From the IMG/VR virus record IMGVR_UViG_3300030095_004938, positions 3,695 through 67,694 of that record: 64,000 nt of DNA, one strand, 5' to 3'. Below are positions 1 to 6,397 of the stretch, piece after piece (the first letter of the stretch is position 1; every line of letters begins with the position of its first letter). The notes under the pieces are model-generated. The model was given only the letters and a program-made list of their open reading frames with translations. It did not search any database and was not told the origin of the DNA. The stretch is from a virus (taxonomy: Duplodnaviria; Caudoviricetes). The position numbers and the translations under genes were made by a program.

Positions 1-300
1 CTACCAAAAACTCCCCTAACAGAACCCTACAATCGGATATCTCGTACAAGAATCACCCTAACAAACCCCTTTTGTAAATCCTCAGCTTACAAACCCCTCT
101 TCTTGCCCCCTAGAACCCTCTCTATCTCCTATCCATGTTGCATTCGAGCCTTTGCGACATCCTTCAAAATCGACCCATAATCTATGGCCAAACGGGCAAA
201 AGCCCCGATAAGCGTGCGAAACTCTCCAACAACCCTAGTAAATCGCAAAGGCCCTTTTATTTCGGGTTCTGTTAGGGTCCCCTTACACTCCTCGTACAAG
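1..300. repeat. Non-coding, lower-GC, C/A-skewed region with iterated CCCTAACA(G/A)AACCC-like motifs; candidate origin or packaging/terminal region
   Basis: CCCTAACAGAACCC at 14-27 has its exact reverse complement at 264-277; CTCGTACAAG at 41-50 and 291-300; degenerate copies at 56-68, 87-98, 108-118; no credible ORF. Confidence 0.6.
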
Positions 301-311
301 CGGCCCCCTTG

Positions 312-344
312 CCCTGTTGTGTCGCCCCTGTTCTGTCGCCCCTG
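312..344 (+). repeat. 14-bp tandem repeat CCCTGTT(G/C)TGTCGC x2 plus partial third copy
   Basis: Units at 312-325 and 326-339, partial at 340-344. Confidence 0.8.
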
Positions 345-471
345 GCGGCCCCCACCGGCTCAGCCCGCCCTTGTGGACCCCTGAGCGCGCCGCCGCTTCC
401 CGCGACCGATCAGTCGTCCGTCCCGCTCGAACGGCCACACGCGGCGCCCTGCGCGGCCCATTCCTGGGCCC

Positions 472-1104
472 TCACCCCTCGCCGTCCTCCAGCATGGCCC
501 GGGCGTCGTCGAGGACCCGCCAGAGGGCCGCGTGTGCTGTGTGGTCCTCGCGGTCCCCCAGGGCGCGTTCGCAGAGCCCCACGGTCTCCGGGTCCCATGC
601 GGCCCCTGCTTCGTCGCGGAGGGCCAGGAGCGTCGCGTCGGGTACGGGCCCGCGTACTTGCTGCGCGGCCCATTCCTCGGCGGCTCGCCTCGCGGCGTGC
701 TTGAGCGCACAGACGCGGGTGCTGACGCTCTGCGACTCCCTGAGCCAAGTCCACGGCTCGCGTCGCATGGTCTGACCGATGCGGTCGAGCGCGGTCACCC
801 CGGCGCTTCCCATGCCGGGCGAGGGCGCGGCTTCGGGGTTGGGTCGTGACTGCCCGCAGGTGCAGCACGGAATACGCCTGGGTGCCTTGGGGTCGTAGCC
901 GAGTGCAACGTCGTCCCATAGCTTGAGCGGGATGCTGTTGAGGTGCCAGTCACCATCGGCAAGCGCCCTGCGGACACTTTCAAGCGGCACGGGGCAGAGT
1001 GCGGCGAGCGACTTCCAGCCGAGGATATCGCAAACGCGGTCCTGTTCGGCGATGAACTCGCGGTACTGGCGTGCGCGTCGTTGTTCGTTGGATTCGCCCA
1101 TCAC
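472..1104 (-). CDS. Hypothetical phage protein
   Basis: 210-aa ORF overlapping the upstream gene stop; GDWHLNSIPLKLWD segment and a CCTCG motif. Confidence 0.7.
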   Translation of the reverse strand: MMGESNEQRRARQYREFIAEQDRVCDILGWKSLAALCPVPLESVRRALADGDWHLNSIPLKLWDDVALGYDPKAPRRIPCCTCGQSRPNPEAAPSPGMGSAGVTALDRIGQTMRREPWTWLRESQSVSTRVCALKHAARRAAEEWAAQQVRGPVPDATLLALRDEAGAAWDPETVGLCERALGDREDHTAHAALWRVLDDARAMLEDGEG

Positions 1105-1346
1105 CGCACCCCCTGAATCGCCTGAAGCATCCGGGCGAGCGCGACGCGCCGGTTGTCGCTGACGCTTCCGTTGTGCGTAGCGTCGACCATTCGTCGCAGT
1201 CGCGCGAGGGCTCGCCCGTCGAGCGGGTTGCCGAGTGCCTCGCCTTGTAGCGCGTTCACAATCTCAAGGATGTGCTGGAAGAGGACGATGCTTTCGCGCT
1301 CCTCGGTGGTGGGGAGGATTGCTCCCTCGTTGAGTTCTTGGTTCAT
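1101..1346 (-). CDS. Hypothetical protein
   Basis: 81-aa ORF starting just downstream of the repeat element at 1355-1400. Confidence 0.7.
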   Translation of the reverse strand: MNQELNEGAILPTTEERESIVLFQHILEIVNALQGEALGNPLDGRALARLRRMVDATHNGSVSDNRRVALARMLQAIQGVR

Positions 1347-1354
1347 GTTGAAGT

Positions 1355-1400
1355 AAGCCGGGGGCCGCGCTCCACCGAACGCAGCCCCCGGAAGTTTTCT
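1355..1400 (-). promoter_or_regulatory. Conserved early-cassette element, copy 1
   Basis: Plus strand AAGCCG-N13-ACCGAACGC...TTTTCT; stem CCGGGGGC (1358-1365) / GCCCCCGG (1384-1391) flanks the core. Confidence 0.75.
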
Positions 1401-1424
1401 CGGCCCAAGCCCGCGCTTGTGGAC

Positions 1425-1703
1425 CTAGTAAACGCGCGTTCGACGGTCGCGATCGTCGAGAATCTCGACGCTAAGTACGCGTGGGTCGCGTTGCTTGAAG
1501 TGCCGCAAGACGCTACGGAGCGCGTAGTCGCGGCGAATCCAAGGCGCGGGTCGTGGAATGGCTAGGTGTTCTTCCTCCTCGATCACGTCGATATCATCGG
1601 GTCCGGATACGTTGACGATGACGCGGAGGAAGAGCAGGGCGGGGAAGAGGACGGAGAGCTTCCACGCAAGAGAAAGGTCCTCGATGCGATTCGGGTTGGT
1701 CAT
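1425..1703 (-). CDS. Hypothetical membrane protein
   Basis: 92-aa ORF with a hydrophobic stretch (LSVLFPALLFLRVIV); 4-nt overlap with the upstream gene. Confidence 0.6.
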   Translation of the reverse strand: MTNPNRIEDLSLAWKLSVLFPALLFLRVIVNVSGPDDIDVIEEEEHLAIPRPAPWIRRDYALRSVLRHFKQRDPRVLSVEILDDRDRRTRVY

Positions 1704-1945
1704 TTGTTAGGTCCCTCCGGGTCAAACCTTCCCCACTTTCGGACCATATCCTCGAAGGCGGCCATCCCATCGTTGACGGCGCCCCAATCGGTTACGCCTT
1801 CGCCGCTGACTTCGGCCATGAGCGACGGAATCGCGAGCCACAGCTTGCGAGCTACCGCGCTGGCCTCGCCGCGCTCCTTGGTGACTTGCTCGATACGGGC
1901 GATCAGGGATTCGCGCAGTTCTTCGCTCAACTTGTAGTCACTCAC
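1700..1945 (-). CDS. Hypothetical protein
   Basis: GTG at 1945 overlaps the upstream TGA (GTGA coupling). Confidence 0.65.
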   Translation of the reverse strand: MSDYKLSEELRESLIARIEQVTKERGEASAVARKLWLAIPSLMAEVSGEGVTDWGAVNDGMAAFEDMVRKWGRFDPEGPNK

Positions 1946-2130
1946 AGCGTGCCCCACTCTTCGGCCTCATAGGCTTTCTTGCGGAGGAGGTTGGAGGCCC
2001 TTCGGCACTTGTCGGAACAGAACCATTCTCCGCGCACGTTGCGGTAACCTTTGTTCTCTGGCGTGCGGTCTTCGTCGCAGTACCAACAGCGTTGGGCCTC
2101 CTCACAGCACGGGCACAGGTAGCGGCTCAC
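1942..2130 (-). CDS. Small Cys-rich (zinc-binding) hypothetical protein
   Basis: GTG at 2130 coupled to the upstream stop; CPCC, CWYC and CSDKC motifs. Confidence 0.6.
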   Translation of the reverse strand: MSRYLCPCCEEAQRCWYCDEDRTPENKGYRNVRGEWFCSDKCRRASNLLRKKAYEAEEWGTL

Positions 2131-2519
2131 CGTGCACCCTGCTCGCGACAGAGCGCGCTGAGGCGGACGGCTTCGGCCCAAGCCTCGTACTCCGATTCGA
2201 ACGTGTCGTTGCCCGCACCGGATTCGTCGACTTCGTCCCCGGTCTGGAGGCCCCGGAAGCACACGATCCACCCGCCGCCGAATGCCTCATCGACCGAGAA
2301 CCCGGCCTCCTCTGCCTCGCGCCGTTCAATCTGCTCAAGGATGACGGCCCGCACGTCGCCGCGCCCGTAGTCGCCGGACGGGAGGCGTTGGTAGACGTTC
2401 TCGGTCACCGTGTCGATGCGGTCCCTCATGGCCTCCAGGCATTCGACCTTCGCGCTTTTCACGGCGCTCTGGATGATCTCGCGGACTCGGCTCTCGGTGT
2501 TCTTGCAGGTCGGGTTCAT
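2127..2519 (-). CDS. Acidic hypothetical protein
   Basis: ATG 2519 preceded by GAGGAG; downstream of repeat copy 2. Confidence 0.7.
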   Translation of the reverse strand: MNPTCKNTESRVREIIQSAVKSAKVECLEAMRDRIDTVTENVYQRLPSGDYGRGDVRAVILEQIERREAEEAGFSVDEAFGGGWIVCFRGLQTGDEVDESGAGNDTFESEYEAWAEAVRLSALCREQGAR

Positions 2520-2573
2520 TGCGTGCTCCTCGTGGTTGGTGTGTGGTGTGCGGGCTTCGTTACCCACACCCCG

Positions 2574-2620
2574 AAGCCGGGCGGCACGCCACACCGAACG
2601 CGCCGCCCGGCTTTTTCTAG
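2574..2620 (-). promoter_or_regulatory. Conserved early-cassette element, copy 2
   Basis: AAGCCG at 2574 and ACCGAACG at 2593; perfect 12-bp stem AAGCCGGGCGGC / GCCGCCCGGCTT, then TTTTCTAG. Confidence 0.8.
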
Positions 2621-2862
2621 AGAACTTCGTCGGGGTCGAGTTCGGCGAGGATGCCAACGGCCTGGCGGATGACTTCGCCGCATTCGTCTAGCTCCTCGCA
2701 CCAGACTACGCGCTCGTCGGAGTCTAGTAGCTCGACGTACCAACCGCCTCGGTGGTCTTCGTCTTGAGCGTAGGCGGCCACACGGGCGCTCTGGATGCGC
2801 TCGTCACCCTTCAGGTGCTTATGGAGCGGGATCGGATAGGACTCGATGATTCGCGGACTCAT
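2617..2862 (-). CDS. Hypothetical protein
   Basis: 81-aa ORF coupled (ATGA) to the upstream gene. Confidence 0.65.
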   Translation of the reverse strand: MSPRIIESYPIPLHKHLKGDERIQSARVAAYAQDEDHRGGWYVELLDSDERVVWCEELDECGEVIRQAVGILAELDPDEVL

Positions 2863-3107
2863 GCGGTCACCTCGTTGCCCTCGGCGTCCTCGAAGTGGAG
2901 GGATTCAAGCCGAAGCTCCTCGGTGCTGGAGACCCCAAGCTCTAGGGCGGCCTCGCGGGCGAGAAGTTCCTCGGCGTGGTCTCGCACGGCGTTGAAGAGC
3001 GTGTCGGCGTCAACCTTGAAGGAGCACTCAACCTCGCACGATCCCCAAGTGTCGTCGCTGAAGGTTGCGAAGGCAAAGCATTGCACGGTGTTGGTTTCGT
3101 TCTTCAT
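2859..3107 (-). CDS. Acidic hypothetical protein
   Basis: Starts directly after repeat copy 3; Asp/Glu-rich. Confidence 0.65.
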   Translation of the reverse strand: MKNETNTVQCFAFATFSDDTWGSCEVECSFKVDADTLFNAVRDHAEELLAREAALELGVSSTEELRLESLHFEDAEGNEVTA

Positions 3108-3115
3108 GGTCACCT

Positions 3116-3162
3116 AAGCGGGATGATGCGGGGCACCGAACGCGCCCCTCGGTTTTTTCTAG
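3116..3162 (-). promoter_or_regulatory. Conserved early-cassette element, copy 3
   Basis: AAGCGG at 3116 and ACCGAACG at 3135; stem GGGGC/GCCCC; TTTTTTCTAGA. Confidence 0.75.
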
Positions 3163-3245
3163 ACGATCCCTAGCAGTACGGCCATGAAGAGGACGAACGC
3201 GATGAACGTCACAAGCTGCACGATGCAGTTGTCGCGGCGGCTCAT
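3159..3245 (-). CDS. 28-aa single-pass membrane peptide (below the ORF-track cutoff)
   Basis: MSRRDNCIVQLVTFIAFVLFMAVLLGIV*; ATG coupled to the upstream TGA. Confidence 0.6.
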   Translation of the reverse strand: MSRRDNCIVQLVTFIAFVLFMAVLLGIV

Positions 3246-3469
3246 AGGCGGGCCCCGCTTGCGCCAAACCTGATACCAAAAACGTCAACCTCGAACTCGT
3301 CGAGTTCGCTCATCTTGTAGTAGCTACCTCCAAGCTGAGTGAGCGCACACCATGCGGCCCGAAGCTCGGCAAGTTCCGCGTGGGTCGGACCAAGCCCCCC
3401 AGAGTGGCTGCGCTCGATGTCAATAGCGGCGCGCGTGAGTCGCGCCATCATCTGTTGGATGTTGCTCAT
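3242..3469 (-). CDS. Hypothetical protein
   Basis: ATG 3469 (MSNIQQ...) coupled to the upstream stop. Confidence 0.6.
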   Translation of the reverse strand: MSNIQQMMARLTRAAIDIERSHSGGLGPTHAELAELRAAWCALTQLGGSYYKMSELDEFEVDVFGIRFGASGARL

Positions 3470-3843
3470 CGAATAAGGTACTCCACGCCGCCGAAGTCGA
3501 CCGACGTATAGTCTTGCTCCAGTTCGCGGGCGGCTTGCTCCCAGTCGATGCAGCGGCCCGGCCAATCGTTCGAGCCCTCGAAGCCGCAATCCTCGGCAAG
3601 CTGTTGGGCGTACTCCTTGAAGTAGCTCCGGCGAATCAGGGCCTCGCCGTGCAGCCAATCGGCGGCGTACCCCTCGGCCTCCTGAGCAAGCTCGCCCAGG
3701 ATTCGAAGCTCTTCGGCCTCTTCCTCGTCGAGCGCCGGGCCTTCGCCGGATATGGCCTCTTCGGCCATAGCTTCGAGTTGTTCGATGCGCTCGATGATGT
3801 CGCGGGAGTCGATGATGTCGTCGATGTTGCTGATGTCGGTCAC
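3466..3843 (-). CDS. ArdA-like acidic antirestriction / DNA-mimic candidate
   Basis: GTG 3843 after GAGGA; very acidic; C-terminal CIDWEQAARELEQDYTSVDFGGVEY recalls the ArdA C-terminal motif (IDxExxARDL). Confidence 0.5.
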   Translation of the reverse strand: MTDISNIDDIIDSRDIIERIEQLEAMAEEAISGEGPALDEEEAEELRILGELAQEAEGYAADWLHGEALIRRSYFKEYAQQLAEDCGFEGSNDWPGRCIDWEQAARELEQDYTSVDFGGVEYLIR

Positions 3844-3891
3844 GGTTCTTTCCTCTTGGTTGGTGTGTGGTGTCGTTGCTGACACACCCCC

Positions 3892-3939
3892 AAGCCGGGG
3901 GCGTGTGTGGACCGAACGCGGTCCCCGGAAGTTTCTAGA
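3892..3939 (-). promoter_or_regulatory. Conserved early-cassette element, copy 4
   Basis: AAGCCG at 3892 and ACCGAACG at 3911; local hairpin GGACCG-AACG-CGGTCC; TTTCTAGA. Confidence 0.8.
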
Positions 3940-4231
3940 GCCAGCCGATGCAGCCGTCTTGCTCGGCGCCGCTTTCGGTGTGCTCCATCGCTTCGTCGTC
4001 GCCGTCGTCGTTGGTGTAGACGACGACGCGGTATCGTTCGGCGTCACCGACGATAGCGCGGTATCGTTCGTTTCCTTTTACGGCTTCGGCGACAGCGTAG
4101 GTGTGCCAGTCGTCCCAGGACTCCGCGAGGGTGCAGTCGGGAGCGTTCTCGTAGTTGTAGCGGTTGGCGAGTGCTTCGGCGGCGGCTCGCGGGTAGTCGA
4201 GCGGCGCGCGGTAGATCGTTGTCATGTTCAT
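3935..4231 (-). CDS. Acidic hypothetical protein
   Basis: 98-aa ORF immediately after repeat copy 5. Confidence 0.6.
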   Translation of the reverse strand: MNMTTIYRAPLDYPRAAAEALANRYNYENAPDCTLAESWDDWHTYAVAEAVKGNERYRAIVGDAERYRVVVYTNDDGDDEAMEHTESGAEQDGCIGWL

Positions 4232-4239
4232 GATCCCCC

Positions 4240-4283
4240 AAGCCGGGCGTGGTCAGGAACCGAACGCGGGTTTTCTGTTTTCC
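4240..4283 (-). promoter_or_regulatory. Conserved early-cassette element, copy 5
   Basis: AAGCCG at 4240 and ACCGAACG at 4259 (same 19-nt register). Confidence 0.75.
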
Positions 4284-4645
4284 GCCGCGACGTTTGCGGC
4301 TTGTTCAAGAAGTGCGACGATGAAGTCCAGTCGAGCGCGGTAGGTTTCTGACGCCTTGCTGTCCGGCTCGCCGCCGCCCGCCCGGAACGGGTCGAGCGTG
4401 TCGACTATGACGGCAAGAGGGAGGGCGCCACCTTGCTCGATGACTTGGGCGAGCCCCTCGACCTGGGAGAATCGGAACTCTGCCGCGTTGTCGAGATAGA
4501 GGACGCCGCCAGCGGCGAGGCGAAGCTCGGCGGTAAGTCCGTGGACGCCGGTGGTCCAGTGCGGAGCGCGGAACGGGATGAGCTTTCCGGCGATTGCGAT
4601 CGCTTCGGTGGTGGGCTTGTCGGTTTCGGTTCGGATGATTCGCAT
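4253..4645 (-). CDS. Truncated ComM/YifB (Mg-chelatase-related AAA+)-like protein, predicted catalytically inactive
   Basis: PFRAPHW...ELRLAAGGVLYLDNAAEF...LAQVIEQG parallels ComM PFRxPHH...GEISLAHxGVLFLDELPEF...LREPLExG; no Walker A, and Walker B DE is changed to DN. Confidence 0.65.
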   Translation of the reverse strand: MRIIRTETDKPTTEAIAIAGKLIPFRAPHWTTGVHGLTAELRLAAGGVLYLDNAAEFRFSQVEGLAQVIEQGGALPLAVIVDTLDPFRAGGGEPDSKASETYRARLDFIVALLEQAANVAAENRKPAFGS

Positions 4646-4695
4646 GGCGGCGTCCTCTTTGGTTTGTGTTGGCGGGCCTCGTTGCCCACACCCCC

Positions 4696-4741
4696 AAGCC
4701 GGTCGCGGTCAGGAACCGAACGCGGCCCCTGGGAATTTCTC
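4696..4741 (-). promoter_or_regulatory. Conserved early-cassette element, copy 6
   Basis: AAGCCG at 4696 and ACCGAACG at 4715; stem GGTCGCG/CGCGGCC; ATTTCT. Confidence 0.75.
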
Positions 4742-4957
4742 AAGAAGTCCGTGCCAGTTCAGCGCACCGTCAGGAGGCGCAACGCCGGACGCATCGGCCA
4801 GCGCCAGGGCGGCGGCGGCGTCGAGCTTGGCGCCGCGTTGCTGGGCGAGCCATGCGGCAGAGCCGGAAGCGTGCCCGTCTACAAGGAGGCGCACGGCGGC
4901 GCCTAGGGACCGGCGAGCGTCGGATAGCTCGCGGTCCCGGATAGCTTGGGAGGGCAC
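4709..4957 (-). CDS. Hypothetical protein
   Basis: 82-aa ORF abutting the upstream stop; its end runs through the repeat element. Confidence 0.55.
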   Translation of the reverse strand: MPSQAIRDRELSDARRSLGAAVRLLVDGHASGSAAWLAQQRGAKLDAAAALALADASGVAPPDGALNWHGLLEKFPGAAFGS

Positions 4958-5485
4958 CTAGTAGAGTCCCCCGTTCGCGGTGAATTCGCGACCGTTGGCG
5001 ATCAGCGACTCACGGATGGCTTCGTCGCTTTGCAGGTACTCCATATCTGCCGCCCATGCCTTCGCCCAAGAGTCGGCGCACTCGCTCACAAGCTCTTGGA
5101 GCGTCGCGTCCGTTGGTTTCTTGAGGAAGGCCCGCATTGGGTCGAGAAACGACTCGTCCCCGCAGTATCCCGTGAACGGGCAGTCCTCGCGGATGGCTTC
5201 GGCTACGCCGTTGGAGTGCAGCCACTTCCAAGCGCGGACCCCAGAGAGCGAGGCGGCAACATCATCCCGCATTTCGACGCGGGCATGAGAACGGCCCCAA
5301 GGGTTGACGCTCCAGTCGTCGACGATGAGGCCGAGAGTCTCGGAGGCGACTTGAATCGTCTCTCGCCACTTGTCGCCCCATTCGAGGCCATAGTCAAACC
5401 GTTCGCGGGCGTTCTCGATGGCGACGGCCTGAACCTCTCCGCTGAGTTCCTCGAAGGTGTAGATCGTGAAGGTTTCGGTTCGCAT
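4958..5485 (-). CDS. Conserved acidic phage early protein (MRTxxxxIYTFEELS...EYLQSDEAIRESLIAN type)
   Basis: ATG 5485 after GAGGA; N- and C-terminal motifs recognised as typical of a widespread phage/plasmid family of unknown function. Confidence 0.7.
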   Translation of the reverse strand: MRTETFTIYTFEELSGEVQAVAIENARERFDYGLEWGDKWRETIQVASETLGLIVDDWSVNPWGRSHARVEMRDDVAASLSGVRAWKWLHSNGVAEAIREDCPFTGYCGDESFLDPMRAFLKKPTDATLQELVSECADSWAKAWAADMEYLQSDEAIRESLIANGREFTANGGLY

Positions 5486-5524
5486 GGCTTCCTCGTTGGT
5501 GTGTGGTGTCGCTGACACACCCCC

Positions 5525-5570
5525 AAGCCGGGCGCCGAATGCGACCGAACGCGGAAATCGCAGAAATGTC
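5525..5570 (-). promoter_or_regulatory. Conserved early-cassette element, copy 7 (first in transcription order)
   Basis: AAGCCG at 5525 and ACCGAACG at 5544; shares the GGTGTGTGGTGTCG and TGACACACCCCC leader segments with copy 4. Confidence 0.75.
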
Positions 5571-5750
5571 GCACCCCTCTGTCTCGTAAGGGAAGGCACG
5601 ACTCCCCGGGCTTCCATGCTCGGTTGGCCGTCCCACGGGGCGGTATCACACGACCCGACCCGTTGGCCCTGATTGAAGGGATGGGCGCGCCCCACCGCCA
5701 GCCGGTCGGGTCACTTCATACTCGCCGGTATCATCCCGCCGGGTATACTA

Positions 5751-5787
5751 AATGCGACATCCTAGGCACCGAATGCGAACTCCTAGG
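5751..5787 (+). repeat. Direct repeat AATGCGA(CA/AC)TCCTAGG with 21-bp period in the divergent intergenic region
   Basis: Units at 5751-5766 and 5772-5787; TGCGACATCCT also occurs at 153-163. Confidence 0.65.
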
Positions 5788-5908
5788 TGACCATAAAGAT
5801 AGCCCCAGGTCCGGATATAGGTGGAGGTATCCCTCGCGCGCTATAGGGCGCCTCCCAATATCCGAGAATGCGGCGATTTTCGACGAGCCTCGATGCAGGA
5901 TGGGAGGC

Positions 5909-6397
5909 ATGAGGTTTCTCCAGCTCTGCGCACTCCTGACGCTCGCGAGCTGTGAGCAGACCGCCGGTCAGGCGTTGATGCCCGACGAGTTCACGCTGTT
6001 CGGCTCCCAGGGGGTCGGCGACGGCGAGATCACACGGAGCACCGCCGTGTACGACACCACCGGCGACAGCTACCGCTACGGCGCCGCCCTGACGTGGGAC
6101 CTACGCCCGCCCCAGGTGAGCACCATCCCACAGCTCGACCGCATCGCGCGTGCTGTGGAGAAGCAGCCGTACTACGCGCCGCCGGTGATCGTGCCGACGA
6201 CCGGGCCGCAGAACCCGCGTGAGGAAACCTCCACAACGAACAACAGTGACGAGCAGCCTGATGATGACCTAATCTTCGGGATGACGATGTCTCGCTTCGC
6301 GGCGACGCTTGGAGCGACGGCGGCAGCCATCGCAACGGTGCTCGCTGCGATCAAGCAGGGGCAGTCAGCCAAAACACCAACAACCGAACCAGAATGA
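5909..6397 (+). CDS. Lipoprotein with C-terminal hydrophobic helix (u-spanin-like topology)
   Basis: ATG 5909 after GGAGG; signal MRFLQLCALLTLASC with LASC lipobox; C-terminal FAATLGATAAAIATVLAAI. Confidence 0.65.
   Translation: MRFLQLCALLTLASCEQTAGQALMPDEFTLFGSQGVGDGEITRSTAVYDTTGDSYRYGAALTWDLRPPQVSTIPQLDRIARAVEKQPYYAPPVIVPTTGPQNPREETSTTNNSDEQPDDDLIFGMTMSRFAATLGATAAAIATVLAAIKQGQSAKTPTTEPE

Noticed and set aside
14-277. TTAGGG/CCCTAA units as a eukaryote-type telomere
   Set aside because: Only about three isolated units, not a tandem array; kept only as part of the skew observation
184-470. Short plus-strand ORFs at the left end
   Set aside because: Low-complexity Pro/Arg-rich translations over repeat DNA; no RBS or motif support
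4253-4645. ComM fragment as a prophage attachment-site remnant
   Set aside because: It is an internal core segment with its own start, RBS and upstream element; no integrase or flanking host DNA
1355-5570. Repeat array as a CRISPR array
   Set aside because: Spacing is 350-1200 bp and filled with ORFs, the repeats are degenerate, and no cas genes are present
1355-5570. Repeats as integron attC sites (GTTCGGT resembles GTTRRRY)
   Set aside because: Only one core-like box per element, located in the loop rather than at both stem ends, with a mismatch to consensus; no integron integrase in the window
1355-5570. Repeats as sigma70 or sigma54 promoters
   Set aside because: No consistent TTGACA/TATAAT or TGGCAC/TTGC boxes across the copies
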